Positions 27,540-40,957 are shown, counted from the first letter of the stretch. The stretch: 64,000 nt of DNA from Octopus vulgaris (GCA_951406725.2 OX597824.1:80724001-80788000), one strand, 5' to 3'. The notes: generated from the letters alone by a model not told the origin. Translations and numbers: made by a program.

Positions 27540-28668
27540 TTGATTTGTCCAATCTTTAGCTAAAACAGTTTCCAGTTCTTGTAGTGATGATGGTGGAGGA
27601 TATCGACTCCTTGTTTTCCTAAAATGCACCATAAATGTTCAATAATATTGAGATCTGGGGACTGTCATGGCCAGATAAGATGTTCAACTTCTCTAGAATG
27701 TTCCTTGTGCCATTCAGTAACAACTTTCGCTGTGTGAATTGGTGCACTATCATCCTGAAAGATTGTGTTTCCCTCAGGAAACAGTTCCGCAACCATAGGA
27801 TGAAATTGATCAGATAAAATGCTTAAATAGTCTGGAATATTAATTCTGCCATGAAGGGAAACCATTGGGCCGGCAGATTTCCAAAATATAACTCCCCAGT
27901 TCATCACAGATCCTCCTCCATGTTTAACAGTTGGAAGAAGGCAGTCTGGGTCAAATGCTTCTTTCGGCTGTCTCCATACGTACACTTGGCCTGTGGTCGA
28001 AAATAAGCTAAAGGCTGACTCGTCTGAGAAAATAACATTCTTCCACTGCTCTAGGGACCAATTATGTAGGTTTGTACACCATTCTAAACGCTTTGCAACC
28101 TTTGTTTTTGAAAGTAGTGGTTTTCTGATTGCAGCCCTCCCGTGAAATCCGGCTTTGTGCAGCTCCCGGCGAACAGTTTTTGTGGAAACTGTGTTCTCGA
28201 GGTGGTCATTAAGCCCTGCAGTAATTTTGGGAGCTGAATTTTTTTATGATCCTTTCTAACAATTCGCGTAAGAATCCGACGGTTCCTATCTGAAAGTTTT
28301 GGTTTTCTTCCGAAGTTTTGTTTCGACGAGTATGCTTTTCTCATTTTCTGAAAGACTGTCATTACTTTCGAAACAGTACTTCTTGATACACCAAGCATTT
28401 CGGTTGTTTTCCTTACGCTAACGCCAGCCATACGAGCACCAACAATTCGACGTCTTTGAAAGTTCGATAGATCTGTCATTTTAATGAATTTTAATTATCT
28501 GTTTCTGATGATATCTGAAACGAAAAAGCAATTTTAGTAAATCATATTAAGCAACACTAATAATAAATCAAAACAATAATAAACAAGCTTCTGACAATTT
28601 TATATATATATATATCAAAATTATGATGCTATGAGGCTAGGTGTTTCCATTATTTTGTCCAAACTCTG
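27540..28668 (-). mobile_element. Tc1-like (DD34E) transposon, frameshifted, 3' end lost
   Basis: ORFs MTDLSNFQRRRIVGARMAG (HTH), PTVKHGGGSVMNWG, FQDDSAPIH, followed by PDLNIIE; TIR cagagtttggacaaaataatggaaacacct next to TA at 28669-28670. Confidence 0.92.
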
Positions 28669-28728
28669 TATATATATATTTCTAAATCTCTCTAAGGGAG
28701 AATACGGCAGCAGTACTGGATATTACTT

Positions 28729-29020
28729 GTTATCGCCAAGCTAACATGGCAGTCCAGAAATACTCCCGTTGATTAGCTCCAAGTGGCCATCGCCACTAGC
28801 TAGCTATCAGCTACTCCACATTGAAAAGTGGCAAATACCTCGAAATTCGTGTGTAGATGTTGAACCAGCAAGGGGAAGCCGCTGACCTCACCTGCTCGAA
28901 AGTGGTAACGGACACAGGTTTGTGTGTCACATAGCTAGCTAGAGGCGATGGCTTCTTGGAGCTAATCAACGGCAGCATTCGTCCTATTTGCCTGGACAGC
29001 CCTCTTACCTTGGCGATAAC
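28729..29020. mobile_element. MITE-like element with ~80-bp inverted arms
   Basis: gttatcgccaag..gattagctccaag.ggccatcgcc.ctagctagcta / reverse complement at 28931-29020; a single arm also at ~20593-20695. Confidence 0.75.
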
Positions 29021-29704
29021 TATTAATATATATAAATATATATTCACATATGTATTTATATTTATATACTATCTCAAATATAGACATCCCTCATTATACT
29101 GATAAATAGGTGCGGATACGACAAGGAACTTTGGGAATGTATTATGCACAAGGTATGTCTACTAAATACTAGATTAAGTATTTAAGGGCGTCAAATTATA
29201 TAATTTTGCTTCTAGAAAAACGTCTTTCAAAAACGATGGTGTCTATGTAATTCTTAGATATCTAATGTGTCCTTGTGTGTGTGTGTGTGTATGTGTATAC
29301 ACACGTGTATACGTATATGTGTATGAGTGTAGACATTTGTACATTAATACAATTTGCATTACACAGCGTTTTCGTTTTTTTTTTGCCGGATAATTCGTAA
29401 CGTGAAGTAATATACATTTCTTAATTAAAAATACAATTTTATATCATTTTCGAAAGTAACCAGAGCAGTTACGCTAAAACGTTTAACACTCTCTGGACAG
29501 AAATAAAATGCTACCGTTCTAACCAGTTTCTAGGCTTGTTAGATCTTCATCGGAGAAATGATACCAGTCATTTCTCCACAGGGAGTTAACATATATAATG
29601 TATCCGATCTGTTTATCTTTCTGAGGGAGGCTGAAATTGTATGTTTATTAAAAGAATTACGTCTTAAGTTTCACTATGTTACGGCTTAAGTTTCGGTGTG
29701 TGTG

Positions 29705-29735
<31 letters not shown>

Positions 29736-29870
29736 ATGCATGTATATTTGTGAATATATATGTCTATCTCCGTGTGTGTGAGAGAGGGTCTTTGCGTGTG
29801 CGTATCTGTTTGTATCTCTGTATATGAGTGTTTGTACATGCGTGTGTGCATGTGTGTGTGTATGCTTATG

Positions 29871-29902
<32 letters not shown>

Positions 29903-30022
29903 TGTATGCACGTATGTATATATATTCTGTGTGTGTGTGCACTTTAAAGTATTCCTAAAGACGGAACAAATAGCATTTGATAGGTTTCTAGGTATAGATT
30001 ATTCAATTATAGAGATTAGATT

Positions 30023-30053
<31 letters not shown>

Positions 30054-30133
30054 TACACAGATATGTACACTTTTTACTATTACTACTAATTTTACTACTA
30101 AGCACATATTACAGATGTATGCCTTTTATGTGC

Positions 30134-30189
<56 letters not shown>

Positions 30190-30459
30190 GTGTGTATGTA
30201 TGTGTATATATTCATATACACGCCATCTTTAACTATTTTACGCCAATAATGATACTGCATCTCCTAAGTGTATATATTTCTTACATCGTTCCATGTTCTG
30301 TGTTCAAATCCCGCCTAGGTTAAATTTACTTTTTAATCCTTCTGGGTCGATAAAATAAGTACCAGTTGATCGACAAGATCGATGTAATCGATACTCATTC
30401 ACCTTAGAATTACAGGCATTCTACCAAAATTAGAAAGAATTACGGTTAAAAAATAAAAG

Positions 30460-30668
30460 CGGCCAACTGGCGGAATTGTTAGCATGCTGGAAAATTTGCT
30501 TTGAGGTGTTTCGCCCGTCTTTATGTTCTAATCTGAAATTCTGTCGTGGGTAACTTTGCTTTTTATCCTTACGCCGATCGATGAAATAAGTACTAGTTGA
30601 GTACTAGCGTCGATGTAATTGACTAGCCCCTCCCCCAAAATTTCAGGCCTTGTGCCTATAGCAGAAAG
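30460..30668 (+). mobile_element. SINE family B-related, degenerate
   Basis: ctggcggaattgttagcatgc..gactttgc-like..gatgaaataagtactagttgag..gtcgatgtaat. Confidence 0.65.
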
Positions 30669-30691
30669 GATTATTATTATTATTATTATCA

Positions 30692-30758
<67 letters not shown>

Positions 30759-30904
30759 CTTCATGTTTGTTACAGTGACTTGCCGAGACACACCCAGTGT
30801 TCTAGGGCGAGTGAAAGACAAGAGATATTACAGTATGACTGAAATGTAGGAGAGGGAAAGTAGCGGAATATCTTCATGTAATACTATACAAGATAGGGGT
30901 TTTT

Positions 30905-31025
30905 ATAAGGGTGTGGGCAGTACTTGTCAGTATAAACTTTTGGATTTCTCTGAGAGGTGGTTCTCCTGGGATATTATCCAGATATTTCTGATATCCCTTT
31001 TTTATCATACATATGGCACCTACAA
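30905..31025 (-). mobile_element. 3' ORF fragment of an R4/Dong-like LINE next to (ATT)n
   Basis: VGAICMIKKGYQKYLDNIPGEPPLREIQKFILTSTAHTL resembles the RLE C-terminus (GALG...IQK..LLGTAHIL). Confidence 0.7.
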
Positions 31026-31042
31026 TGATTATTATTATTATA

Positions 31043-31095
<53 letters not shown>

Positions 31096-32366
31096 GACCA
31101 GTTGAATACTGGGGCCGATGTAATCGACTCTCCCTCCCACAAAAAATGCAGGCCCTGTTCAAAAATTTGAAACCATTATCAGGCATGTCTTTGTTTTTTA
31201 AAAGGCGGCGCAGGAGTGGCAAGTGTCTTCTACTATAGCCTCGGGCCGGCGAAAGCCCTGTGAGTGGGTTTGGTAGACGGAAACTGAAAGAAGCCCGTCG
31301 TATATATGTATATAGATGTGTGTGTGTGTATGTTGTGTATCTGTGTTTCTCCCCCCTACATCGCTTTATTTAAACATATTTGCAACTTCGAACAACCATT
31401 TGATGTGGCGATAAACACTGCGTCTTTATTTAAATTTCTTAAATTCATATATATGTTATTACCGGGAAAAAAAGGAATATCAATATTGCACGACAAAGTA
31501 ATTATGTTTGCAAAGTAAACCAAGAAATATGTGATTGCTTTCAGCTTATAAAAAAATACCCATTCATGTATCGCTAGAGGCTTCTAAAGCTCACTCTTCT
31601 TGCATTTCCCAGTATATCATAGATACCTTAAGCTCATTAACTGAAATACAATTATCGTTAGCAATTACTGAAACAGCCTTCCATTTCGGTTAACCGTCTT
31701 AATTCTAGAAACATGTTCAGCAACAATGATATTAACAGTAATAATGTAGTCACTCCCTTTTCCTACTTAACAATAAATGCATATTACAAAAGCTAGTATA
31801 TTATGCTAAAGGCGTATGTATTATGCTAAAAACATTGGTGTTTCCAGAAATTATATCAACCTCATTGAAAATTGATTTAAAATTCAAATATTCCATTTAA
31901 GAAATCTGAAAACAAGGTTGCCACAGGCATTTCAAAGCGTGTTTAATATTTCACAAAATACCTGAATATTTATTTTTATCGAAGCTACTATAAGTGACGC
32001 TCCTGTTTTCAAACTGCGGTAACATTGGTTAGCAATAATTTAACCTTGTTATTTCTTGTCAACCACCTAACGAGGAGTATAATATTCACAATTTATTAAC
32101 TGTATGCTCTCTCTATGCCAATTTTAGTGTCCTATTTTTAATAATCGCTCGAATATAGGGAACGAGAAACTGAGAGTAACGATTTGAGGGGTTTTAAATT
32201 CTTAGTACCCTACGTAATTCTACTTTAGTCATCGAGTAATATTTTTTCTTCCCATTATTCACAGCTACAGGTTTACATCTGAACTACACATACATGCATG
32301 CACACATACATACATACATACATACATACATACATACATACATACATACATACATACATACATACA

Positions 32367-32398
<32 letters not shown>

Positions 32399-33514
32399 AG
32401 CATATTCATCCAGCAGTCGTTGTAGCAACACGTTTTTGTTTGTCTCCCGTGGCCATAAGGCACAACTCTACTAGCCAGCCCCAAACTCAACTCATCCTGT
32501 CGAAAGACCCTTGTCCTACGTCCTGGTTTTGTTTTTATCTTTACCATTATTGTTTTTACGTTTTTGTATTCTTATTCGTGCTTTCTTTATTGTTTTCACG
32601 TATTTTTGTATTTTTATTCGTGTACATCGCCCGTTTTCCGTCCTTGTGTTGTATACATTCGAGGCTTTCTTCCAAGGGATCTAATGCGCTTGGCTTAGAT
32701 TTCCCTTGGTGGCTGCCCAGGTCGGAGCAATCTCAAGATTAATCAGCCGAAATTGCGAAGATGATCCGGTTCTTGACTGATGACTGAGGGCTTCGAATGT
32801 CCCGTCATGTGGTTCTTGTGACGTCTTCTAGGTGTTTCACGTTCTTGTCCCAGTTTGTATATATTTTTTACTTTTTACATATATAAGCATATATATACAT
32901 ACATGCTTGAATCAGAAAATATATGTTTTGTTATGGAAATCAGCTGCCCTCTGCACACTTAAGTGGTTAAAAAAATACACGAGAAGGAAGAGCGAAAGAA
33001 GTTTGCAAATCCCGTACCCAAGGTACACTGTCAGCTCAAACCATATTATTATTGAAGCAATAAGATGAATACAAATCCGTCTGGAGCAAGGTACGACTGA
33101 AATGCGATTCTTAGGGAGAGAAAGCAAACCCTTAATTCAAATACTACAAATGATTTCGATATCTTGGGCCATAACAATCGGTAAGACCTTCTTAAGATCT
33201 AAAGGATGATGGTTATAACAGGATACCTTCTTTCATAAACTTCCTAGCAAGTAGATGTCCAGTCAAAATTTATTCTAAATTAAAAAAAGTGGAAAAGAAC
33301 ATACATACATACATATACATACATACATGCATACATACGTACATACATACATACATATATGTGTGTGTGTTTGTGTGTGTATAAGTTCAGCAAAATATAG
33401 ATTCAGATGAATATAGTACTTAAGTTAATGGCACCAGAATTTGGTATGGTATTATCCATATAACTCAAATGGGGTGATTATAATCAAAATAAGCAACAAG
33501 GTTATCCAATGTAG

Positions 33515-33598
33515 TGTAGTACAATCGTTTCATGCTACTTCATTTTATTAAACAATGTATTACATCAGTTTTAAAATGTCGAGCAATCTTCAGCCACA
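33515..33598 (-). ncRNA. Type-I hammerhead motif with long stem-II loop
   Basis: Minus strand TGTGG-CTGAAGA-T-TGCT[loop]AGCA-T-GAAA-CGATTG-TA-CTACA. Confidence 0.55.
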
Positions 33599-33875
33599 TA
33601 TAGGATTTTTTTAATTAAACTGACAATGCACATTATTATACTTATTTCATTTGCCAACATTACAAAGAGGGTAGATATATAGACAGAGAGGTTAATTTCA
33701 TCATTAAGAAAATGGTGGTAGTATGTTCTTCTCCATCTGTAGGTTTTTTATCACTGAGTTCACTTTGTCATCAATTTTATATATATATATATAGGGTTGT
33801 GTTTTTTTTTCAAAATTCACCACCAGTGGCCTAGCATGTATAAAAAGTGAATAGACAACATATTCTCAAAAATAA

Positions 33876-34226
33876 AATAGTGTACATGTAAACACAAAAG
33901 AAATCTGCCTTCAACAGGCAGGTTTTACACGCTAGAAGAAGTAGTCAAAACGATCAAAGCCACATTTAAGAGCAATCTTCAAAAGGAATGAAAAACAAAA
34001 TCTTTTACTTTGTTATTTTATTCCGATCAAATTATTTTATTTTATTTACTAAAAAAAAAAAAGAAACTTAGGTCTGACCGGAATAAAATAACAAGGATAA
34101 AGTTTTTATTTTCATTCCTTTTGAAGATTGTTCTTAGATGTGGTTTTGGTCGTTTTGACTACTTCTTCTAGCGTGTAAAAACTGCCTGTTGAAGGCAGTT
34201 TTCTCTTGTGTTTAAATGTACACTAT

Positions 34227-34227
<1 letters not shown>
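33876..34227. mobile_element. Foldback/MITE-like element, ~155-bp inverted arms
   Basis: aatagtgtaca..ctgccttcaacaggcag..cacgctagaagaagtagtcaaaacg..cttcaaaaggaatgaaaa..ttattttattccg mirrored on the right. Confidence 0.85.
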
Positions 34228-34261
<34 letters not shown>

Positions 34262-34264
34262 GAT

Positions 34265-34295
<31 letters not shown>

Positions 34296-34317
34296 ATATA
34301 ATATACATATATATATT

Positions 34318-34395
<78 letters not shown>

Positions 34396-35116
34396 ACTTA
34401 TCTATATATATAAATATATGTACGTATGTATGTATTTATTTATGACATCCGACCAAAAGAGCATTTGGAAGTTGCTTTCATAGTGTACTTCTCTATAATC
34501 TATAATGACTCCACATCCACCCGTTACTCTTTTAAAAACAATTAATCTTTTGGAAATACCCTCAGTAACCTCTACTGACAGACCTGACTTCCCGAGCAAA
34601 TATAATATTTCTCTCTACTTGTCGAAGAAAAAAAATATATAACGAATGAAACGATTTTGTTTGTTCGTTATGCAACTATCAACAGCTGGCTAATATATTA
34701 AAGGTAAGATGATGGTCAACACTGGAAGGAGATATTAAGTAAATATAGAAAATTAATGGGGCTTCCATAACATGAACATGAAAAATATCTATTCTGTTTC
34801 AGCGTATGCAGTGAGTAAATGGACGGATTATGGTTATGCTGTAGAGAAGTTTGCGTCACAATTACAGAATCTTGGGATCAAACTACCTACGTGTCACATC
34901 CAATGAAAATACTAACTTCTCCATAGTCTCAAGTCGATCGGGAGATAGAAGTAATGTATAGATGTGCACGGGTGTGTTCCCTGACCCTGTTTTTTAGGTG
35001 GTAGGCTTTATTCATCGTCCTGTTTAAAACCACCAGCTATTCCTTAAGTGCCTTGAACAACTAACAAAAATCACCAAGAACCTCAACAATAGCAGCAATG
35101 ATACAACGAAGGAGTC

Positions 35117-35354
35117 TTTACTTGTTTCAGTCATTTGACTGCGGCCTTGCTGGAGCACCGCCTTTAGTCGAGCAAATCGACCCCAGAACTTATTCTTTGT
35201 AAGACTAGTACTTTTTCTATCGGTCTCTTTTGCCGAACCCCAGTTACGTGGACGTAAACACACTAGCATCGGTTGTCAAGCGATGTTGGGGAGACAAACA
35301 CAGACACACAAACATAAACACACATACATACATACATACACACACACACGCACG

Positions 35355-35388
<34 letters not shown>

Positions 35389-35560
35389 CAAATATAGGAC
35401 GGCTTCTTTTCAGTTTCCGTCTACCAAATCCACTCACAAGGCTTTGGTCAGCCCGAGGCTATAGTAGAAGACACTTGCCCAAGGTGCCACGCAGTGGGAC
35501 TGAACCCGGAACTATATGGTTCGTAAGCAAGCAACTTACCACACAGCCACTCCGACGCCT
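35117..35560 (-). mobile_element. SINE family A, full length
   Basis: Reverse-complement match across head, microsatellite and tail. Confidence 0.9.
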
Positions 35561-36202
35561 ACGTTCACTTGGCCATACTTGCTTCATCAAATCAACAAAA
35601 AGCTTCAGTAACTTCCGTCTTAAAGGCTATACACTTCTCATAGAATTTTCGTTGCTTTCATCTTGTCCGCTTTAAACTTCATAGCATTTTCGGTAGTTTC
35701 ATGTTGCCCTCTGTACACTTCTTGCCCTCCATACATTTGCCCTCCATAGACTTTTCGGTAATTTCATCTTGCCCTCCTTTTGATATGCTTTTTATAATTC
35801 ACCATCTTGCTAGCTAGATTCACAAAAGATTACTACGTCTGTCAGAGCTTTCAGAAACTAAGGATTAGATGCCAGAAACGTGTAACATATTCTCCAATCA
35901 ATTGCGTTTCGACTGGTAATTACTTTAATCTCCTCCAGAATATTGAACTCGAAACAATGGTTGCAAAACAAGCTTCATAACCACACAACCATGGAATTTT
36001 ATTCTGTGTGTTTAGACACAGAATGGAAATACCTCTAAATTTGACTTTGCCCACCGTCCTTCTAGAAAATATATAATGATTTATCACTCCAGGTAGATTA
36101 AGTGAAATTTCAACAGATCTGTAGTATTTATTCCGTAATTATCAGGTTTTGAGAACTCTATTAATCTTGGTAAACATTTAAACTGCAGGCAAATTTAATG
36201 AA

Positions 36203-36436
36203 AGGCAGTCAGCTGTCAGAAACGATAGCACGCCGAGCAAAATGCTTAGCGGTATTTTGTCCGCCGCAGCCTTCTGAGTTCAAATTCCGCCGAAGTTGAC
36301 TTTGCCTTTCATCCTTTCGGGGTCGATAAATTAAGTACCAGTCACACACTGGAGTCGATACAGTCGACTTAATCCGTTTGTCTGTCCTTGTTAGTCCTCT
36401 CTGTGTTTAGCCCCTTGTAGGTAGTAAAGAAATAGG
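36203..36436 (+). mobile_element. SINE family B
   Basis: gagttcaaattccgccga..gactttgcctttcatcctttcggggtcgataaattaagtacc..gtagtaaagaaatagg. Confidence 0.9.
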
Positions 36437-36768
36437 CAACTATAATGGCGTCTTATAACGCCTATCAGATAGAATGCAAAGGGTAACCAGTGAAGATACT
36501 ATGAGAAGAACATTGTCGATTTAAAGTGTGTCACTTGGAGTCGTATGTCTCTAAGTGAACACTTAGAGACTTCTCCGGTGTTGCTGTTACTGCACATTCT
36601 CTGGTGTTCGTGTGTTATAATAACTGGGTTAGGTAGGTGAGACTGGTGACCTTTGCTTATACAGTCACGGTTTGTTAATGTTGTCGGCGGAAACGAATCA
36701 GACGATGGATTAATGCAGACAACAGGCTAACAACTTGTACTTTATACATACATACATACATATATACA

Positions 36769-36813
<45 letters not shown>

Positions 36814-36974
36814 ACACAATCATATATGTGTAAAGATACATACGTACATATACATATGGATGTGTATGCATATACACGGTATGCGCACAGTTGTACGGTA
36901 AATCTACATACACACACGAATACTTACGTATCTGTGTGTGTGCGTGTGTGTGTATATATATATATTTATATATT

Positions 36975-37043
<69 letters not shown>

Positions 37044-37149
37044 GTATACACACACACACATATATATATTTATATATATAAACGTATATATATACACACA
37101 TATAAATATGCATATACATATAAATATACGTATGTATACACACGCATGC

Positions 37150-37192
<43 letters not shown>

Positions 37193-37647
37193 CACACATG
37201 CATATGTATGTATATATATAGAGAGAGATATGTATATACATATACATATAGTTATGTGTGTACGCACACACACACACATAGATATGAATATATATGTATA
37301 CAGAAATACACATTTCATATGTATGTATGTATATTTTTATTTATATTAAGCAGAAGCCACAGAGTGTTTCAAGGACACTTTTCAAATCTGTATCTAGTTT
37401 GAACCTAGATTGATAAGTGTCACTGCACTAACCTGTCGGCTCTTGACTCCCTTTCTGGTCTCTGCTAATTATTAATAAAAATATATACGTGGCTATGTGG
37501 CAAGAAGCTTCCTCACAAACCACATGTTTCTGGGTTCAGTTCCACTGCGTGCCATCTTGGGCAAATGTCTTCTACTATAGCTTCGGACCGACCAAAGACT
37601 TGTTGAGTGGATTTATGAGACGGAAACTAAAAGAAGTCCGTCGAGTA

Positions 37648-37699
<52 letters not shown>

Positions 37700-37724
37700 T
37701 ACATATATATAGACATGTACATAA

Positions 37725-37786
<62 letters not shown>

Positions 37787-37949
37787 TGACGTATATTTGC
37801 CATTTGAATATGGCTAACACCTAAGGGTGGATGCTACTGTAGTTTGTAGCCCCAGGAAGACACCTTCTCCAGCTGGCTATAGACACACTTTCTGTGCCCT
37901 ATCAGTATTTGTGAAGGGATGTCATCCTTCCCGTCTTCAACTTATGATA

Positions 37950-37994
37950 CACACGGACTCGCGTTTCAAGGTATTGATCTATCATCGGCGTGTG
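37950..37994 (-). ncRNA. Type-I hammerhead ribozyme (U4C variant)
   Basis: Minus strand CACACG-CCGATGA-T-AGAT-CAAT-ACCT-T-GAAA-CGCGAG-TC-CGTGTG; one stem II mismatch. Confidence 0.65.
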
Positions 37995-38214
37995 ACAATC
38001 ATAGTTGTCAACGAGAAGTCGGTTCCCCTCACAAATACATATACTTTTTCCAGTATCGATTGACATTGATATTGAAGTCAAACAATGATAAATCTCAGAG
38101 CGAGTTATAAACAGTAGCGGCAACACATCGTGACGTATATTTGCCATTTGAATATGGCTAACCCCTAAGGGTGGATGCTACTGTATGCTACTTCTCGTCG
38201 ACAACTATGATTGT

Positions 38215-38259
38215 CACACGCCGATGATAGGTCAATACCTTGAAACTCGAGTCCGTGTG
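38215..38259 (+). ncRNA. Type-I hammerhead ribozyme (U4C variant)
   Basis: CACACG-CCGATGA-T-AGGT-CAAT-ACCT-T-GAAA-CTCGAG-TC-CGTGTG; 6-bp stem I, 4-bp stem II, palindromic stem III ACTCGAGT, GUC triplet. Confidence 0.78.
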
Positions 38260-38466
38260 TATCATAAGTTGAAGACGGGAAGGATGACATCCCTTCACAA
38301 ATACTGATAGGGCACAGAAAGTGTGTCTATAGCCAGCTGGAGGAGGTGTCTTCCTGGGGCTACAAACTACAGTAGCATCCACCCTTAGGGGTTAGCCATA
38401 TTCAAATGGCAAATATACGTCACGATGTGTTGCCGCTACTGTTTATATCTCGCTCTGAGATTTATC

Positions 38467-38550
<84 letters not shown>

Positions 38551-38902
38551 TGTATGTATGTATGTATTTATGTGCGTGTGTCTTCGTGTCTGTGTTTGTC
38601 CACCCACTGTCACCTGATACCCGGTGTTAGTGTGCTTACGTCCGCGTAACTCAGAAGCTCGACAAACGAGACCGATGAAATATGTACTAGGTTTTCAAAG
38701 AATAAGTCCTGGGGTCGATTTGTTCGACTAAAGGTGGTGCTCCAGCATGGCAGCAATCAAAAGACTGAAACAAGTAAAATGATAAAAGAACACTCATATT
38801 TTGAGCTGCATTTCTCCTGTTTGCAGCACCAAATCCGAAAGTATGTATGTATAAATCTATATATAAATTATACACACACATACACGTTCACACACATATG
38901 TG

Positions 38903-38990
<88 letters not shown>

Positions 38991-39096
38991 GAGATTGAGA
39001 AATGAGTGTACCGCTTCTTTGATTTCTCTTTGATGATTCCTTGCTTTACAGATTTGCGACCAGTGATGGAGTTAGTCAACCGACTTCTACTAGGTA

Positions 39097-39373
39097 CTAC
39101 CAGAAGAATTATTGAAGATACAGCATGGAAGGATGAGGTTAGCTGAACGCTGCATCAGATACACCGATGAAATTGCGAACAAGCTAGTGCTCTGGTAACT
39201 AACAGAAGGAAGAACCAAGAGAAGAAGGAGGAAGACGACCTATATCGACAACTTGCTGGAGGATACTGGTATGGAAAGGGTACATGGGCTGAGGAACATT
39301 ACGGAAGATCGAGATGAATGGAAAAAAACTTGTGGAAACACTTTTGGGGCGTCCTATGGGACTACCTAGATGA
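39097..39373 (+). mobile_element. RTE-like LINE 3' ORF fragment
   Basis: RMRLAERCIRYTDEIANKLVLW*LTEGRTKRRRRKTTYIDNLLEDTG..LRNITEDRDEWK resembles the RTE C-terminus. Confidence 0.8.
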
Positions 39374-39377
39374 GGTG

Positions 39378-39419
<42 letters not shown>

Positions 39420-40327
39420 TATAAATGATGATGCAGTTTATACTTCTTTTATTTTCCAATATTAAGATAAACAAATTCTTTTTTAGTCTAAAATATACTC
39501 TTCTTCATTTTCTACAATGCTCTTCCATCTATTTGGTAGACTTGTAATGCCCTTCTTACAAAGTTCACTTGTCCCTGATGAAAAATACTCCTCCACTAGT
39601 GTTCTAATCTTGTCTATAGAATTCTTATTTTTTTCGTCCAAATGATTTTGAAGACTGCGGAAAAAATAATAATAGGATGGAACAATCTCCGACGAATATG
39701 GTGGAGGAGGTATCGTTTCTCATTCAAATTGCTCCAGCCTTTGGAATATCATTCTTGCTGTATGTGGCCGAGCATTATCCTGATGGAAGAACATCTTTTG
39801 TTTTGAAACCAGAGATGTTCGTTTTCCTTCTAGCACCGACTTGAATAACAGGCTGAATGACCGAATCCAAGTTTCTCTGCTTGTTCCTCAACAGATACGA
39901 TGGAATTTTGTTCGACCAGGATTTTCAGCACGGCCTCGGCGAGCTCTATAGATCTTCCAGGACGAAGCTCGTCTTCTAGGCTGTAGTTTCCAGCTCGGAA
40001 TTTCTGGAACCACCGTTGACACTGGCTTATCGTCTGATCCCCATATATCCTGCATAGATATTCCTTACACTTTCTGTTGCGTTGTTGCCTTTATTGAACC
40101 TATAATGCAAAATATTCCGAATATGCTCCTTTGTCATTTCCTTATAGCTTTGAAAAAAATAACTGTTAAAATTGAACTGCACTCTTCAAAAATTGCACTA
40201 ACAATAAGTACAAGGTAAAATTAGTACCTGCTTTTATAGTAAATTGATACAAGTAGTTTATCTCGTCCCTCTCCGACTTTTAGTGCATGCAATTGAAAAA
40301 AGGCGCATTAGTTACGGGATGACCCAA
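39420..40327 (-). mobile_element. Mariner-like (DD34D) transposon, internally deleted and decayed
   Basis: Minus strand MTKEHIRNILHYRFNKG, CQRWFQKFRAGNYSLEDELRPGR, FHQDNARPH, PPYSSEIVPSYYYFFRSLQNHL; TIR-like ttgggtcatcccgtaactaatgcg at the right end. Confidence 0.88.
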
Positions 40328-40721
40328 TAAATATACGCATGTTCATAGTTTTGGTAAAATCATTAAATTTATTTGATGATATAGATTACAAGCGGCAGCA
40401 GTAGGAGGAACCACCGCCGCCGCCACCGCAGCAGCAGCAGCAGCAGTAGCAGTAGTGGTAATAGTGGTAGTAGGAAGTACAGAGGTGCTTGTATTTTCAC
40501 GAAAAGTTCAAGAGGTAAAAAGAGTAGCATAAATATAAGAGACAAGAAAGGCACAGATATATTTAGACCACCGACATTGAATCAATGAAGCAATGTATGT
40601 ACTATGTATGGACATATATACAAATATACATATAAATTCATAAATACATACAAACATACATTTCACTACAAACACACTTACACAACACATGCTTAGAGAC
40701 GCGCACGTACGCATATATTTG

Positions 40722-40878
40722 CGTGACTGTGTGGTAAGGAGCTTGCTCCCCAAACACATGGTTCTGGGTTCAGTCCCACTGCCAGGCACCATGGGCACAT
40801 GTCTTCTAATATAGCCTCAAATCATCCATAGACTTGCGTGTAGATTTGGTAGACGGAAACTGAAAGACGCCAGTCGTA
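40722..40878 (+). mobile_element. SINE family A, 5' half
   Basis: gtgactgtgtggtaag..ggttcagtcccactg..ggtagacggaaactgaaaga. Confidence 0.8.
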
Positions 40879-40890
40879 TGTATATACATA

Positions 40891-40947
<57 letters not shown>

Positions 40948-40957
40948 GTATACCTAT

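Larger units (their letters stand above)
37783..38469. mobile_element. Hammerhead-containing 344-bp repeat unit: ~1.2 tandem copies plus an inverted, permuted copy (retrozyme/Penelope pseudo-LTR-like)
   Basis: atcgtgacgtatatttgcc at 37783 recurs at 38127; 38190-38469 is the reverse complement and spans the unit junction. Confidence 0.85.
37489..38790 (+). mobile_element. SINE family A split within its internal microsatellite
   Basis: 5' half at 37489-37645 and 3' half at ~38570-38790 in the same orientation; 37783-38469 inserted in the (TA)n between them. Confidence 0.8.

Noticed and set aside
37827-38382. Duplicated ORFs [11 protein letters not shown].. and MANIRHDVLP..
   Set aside because: By-products of the inverted 344-bp unit; no recognisable domain
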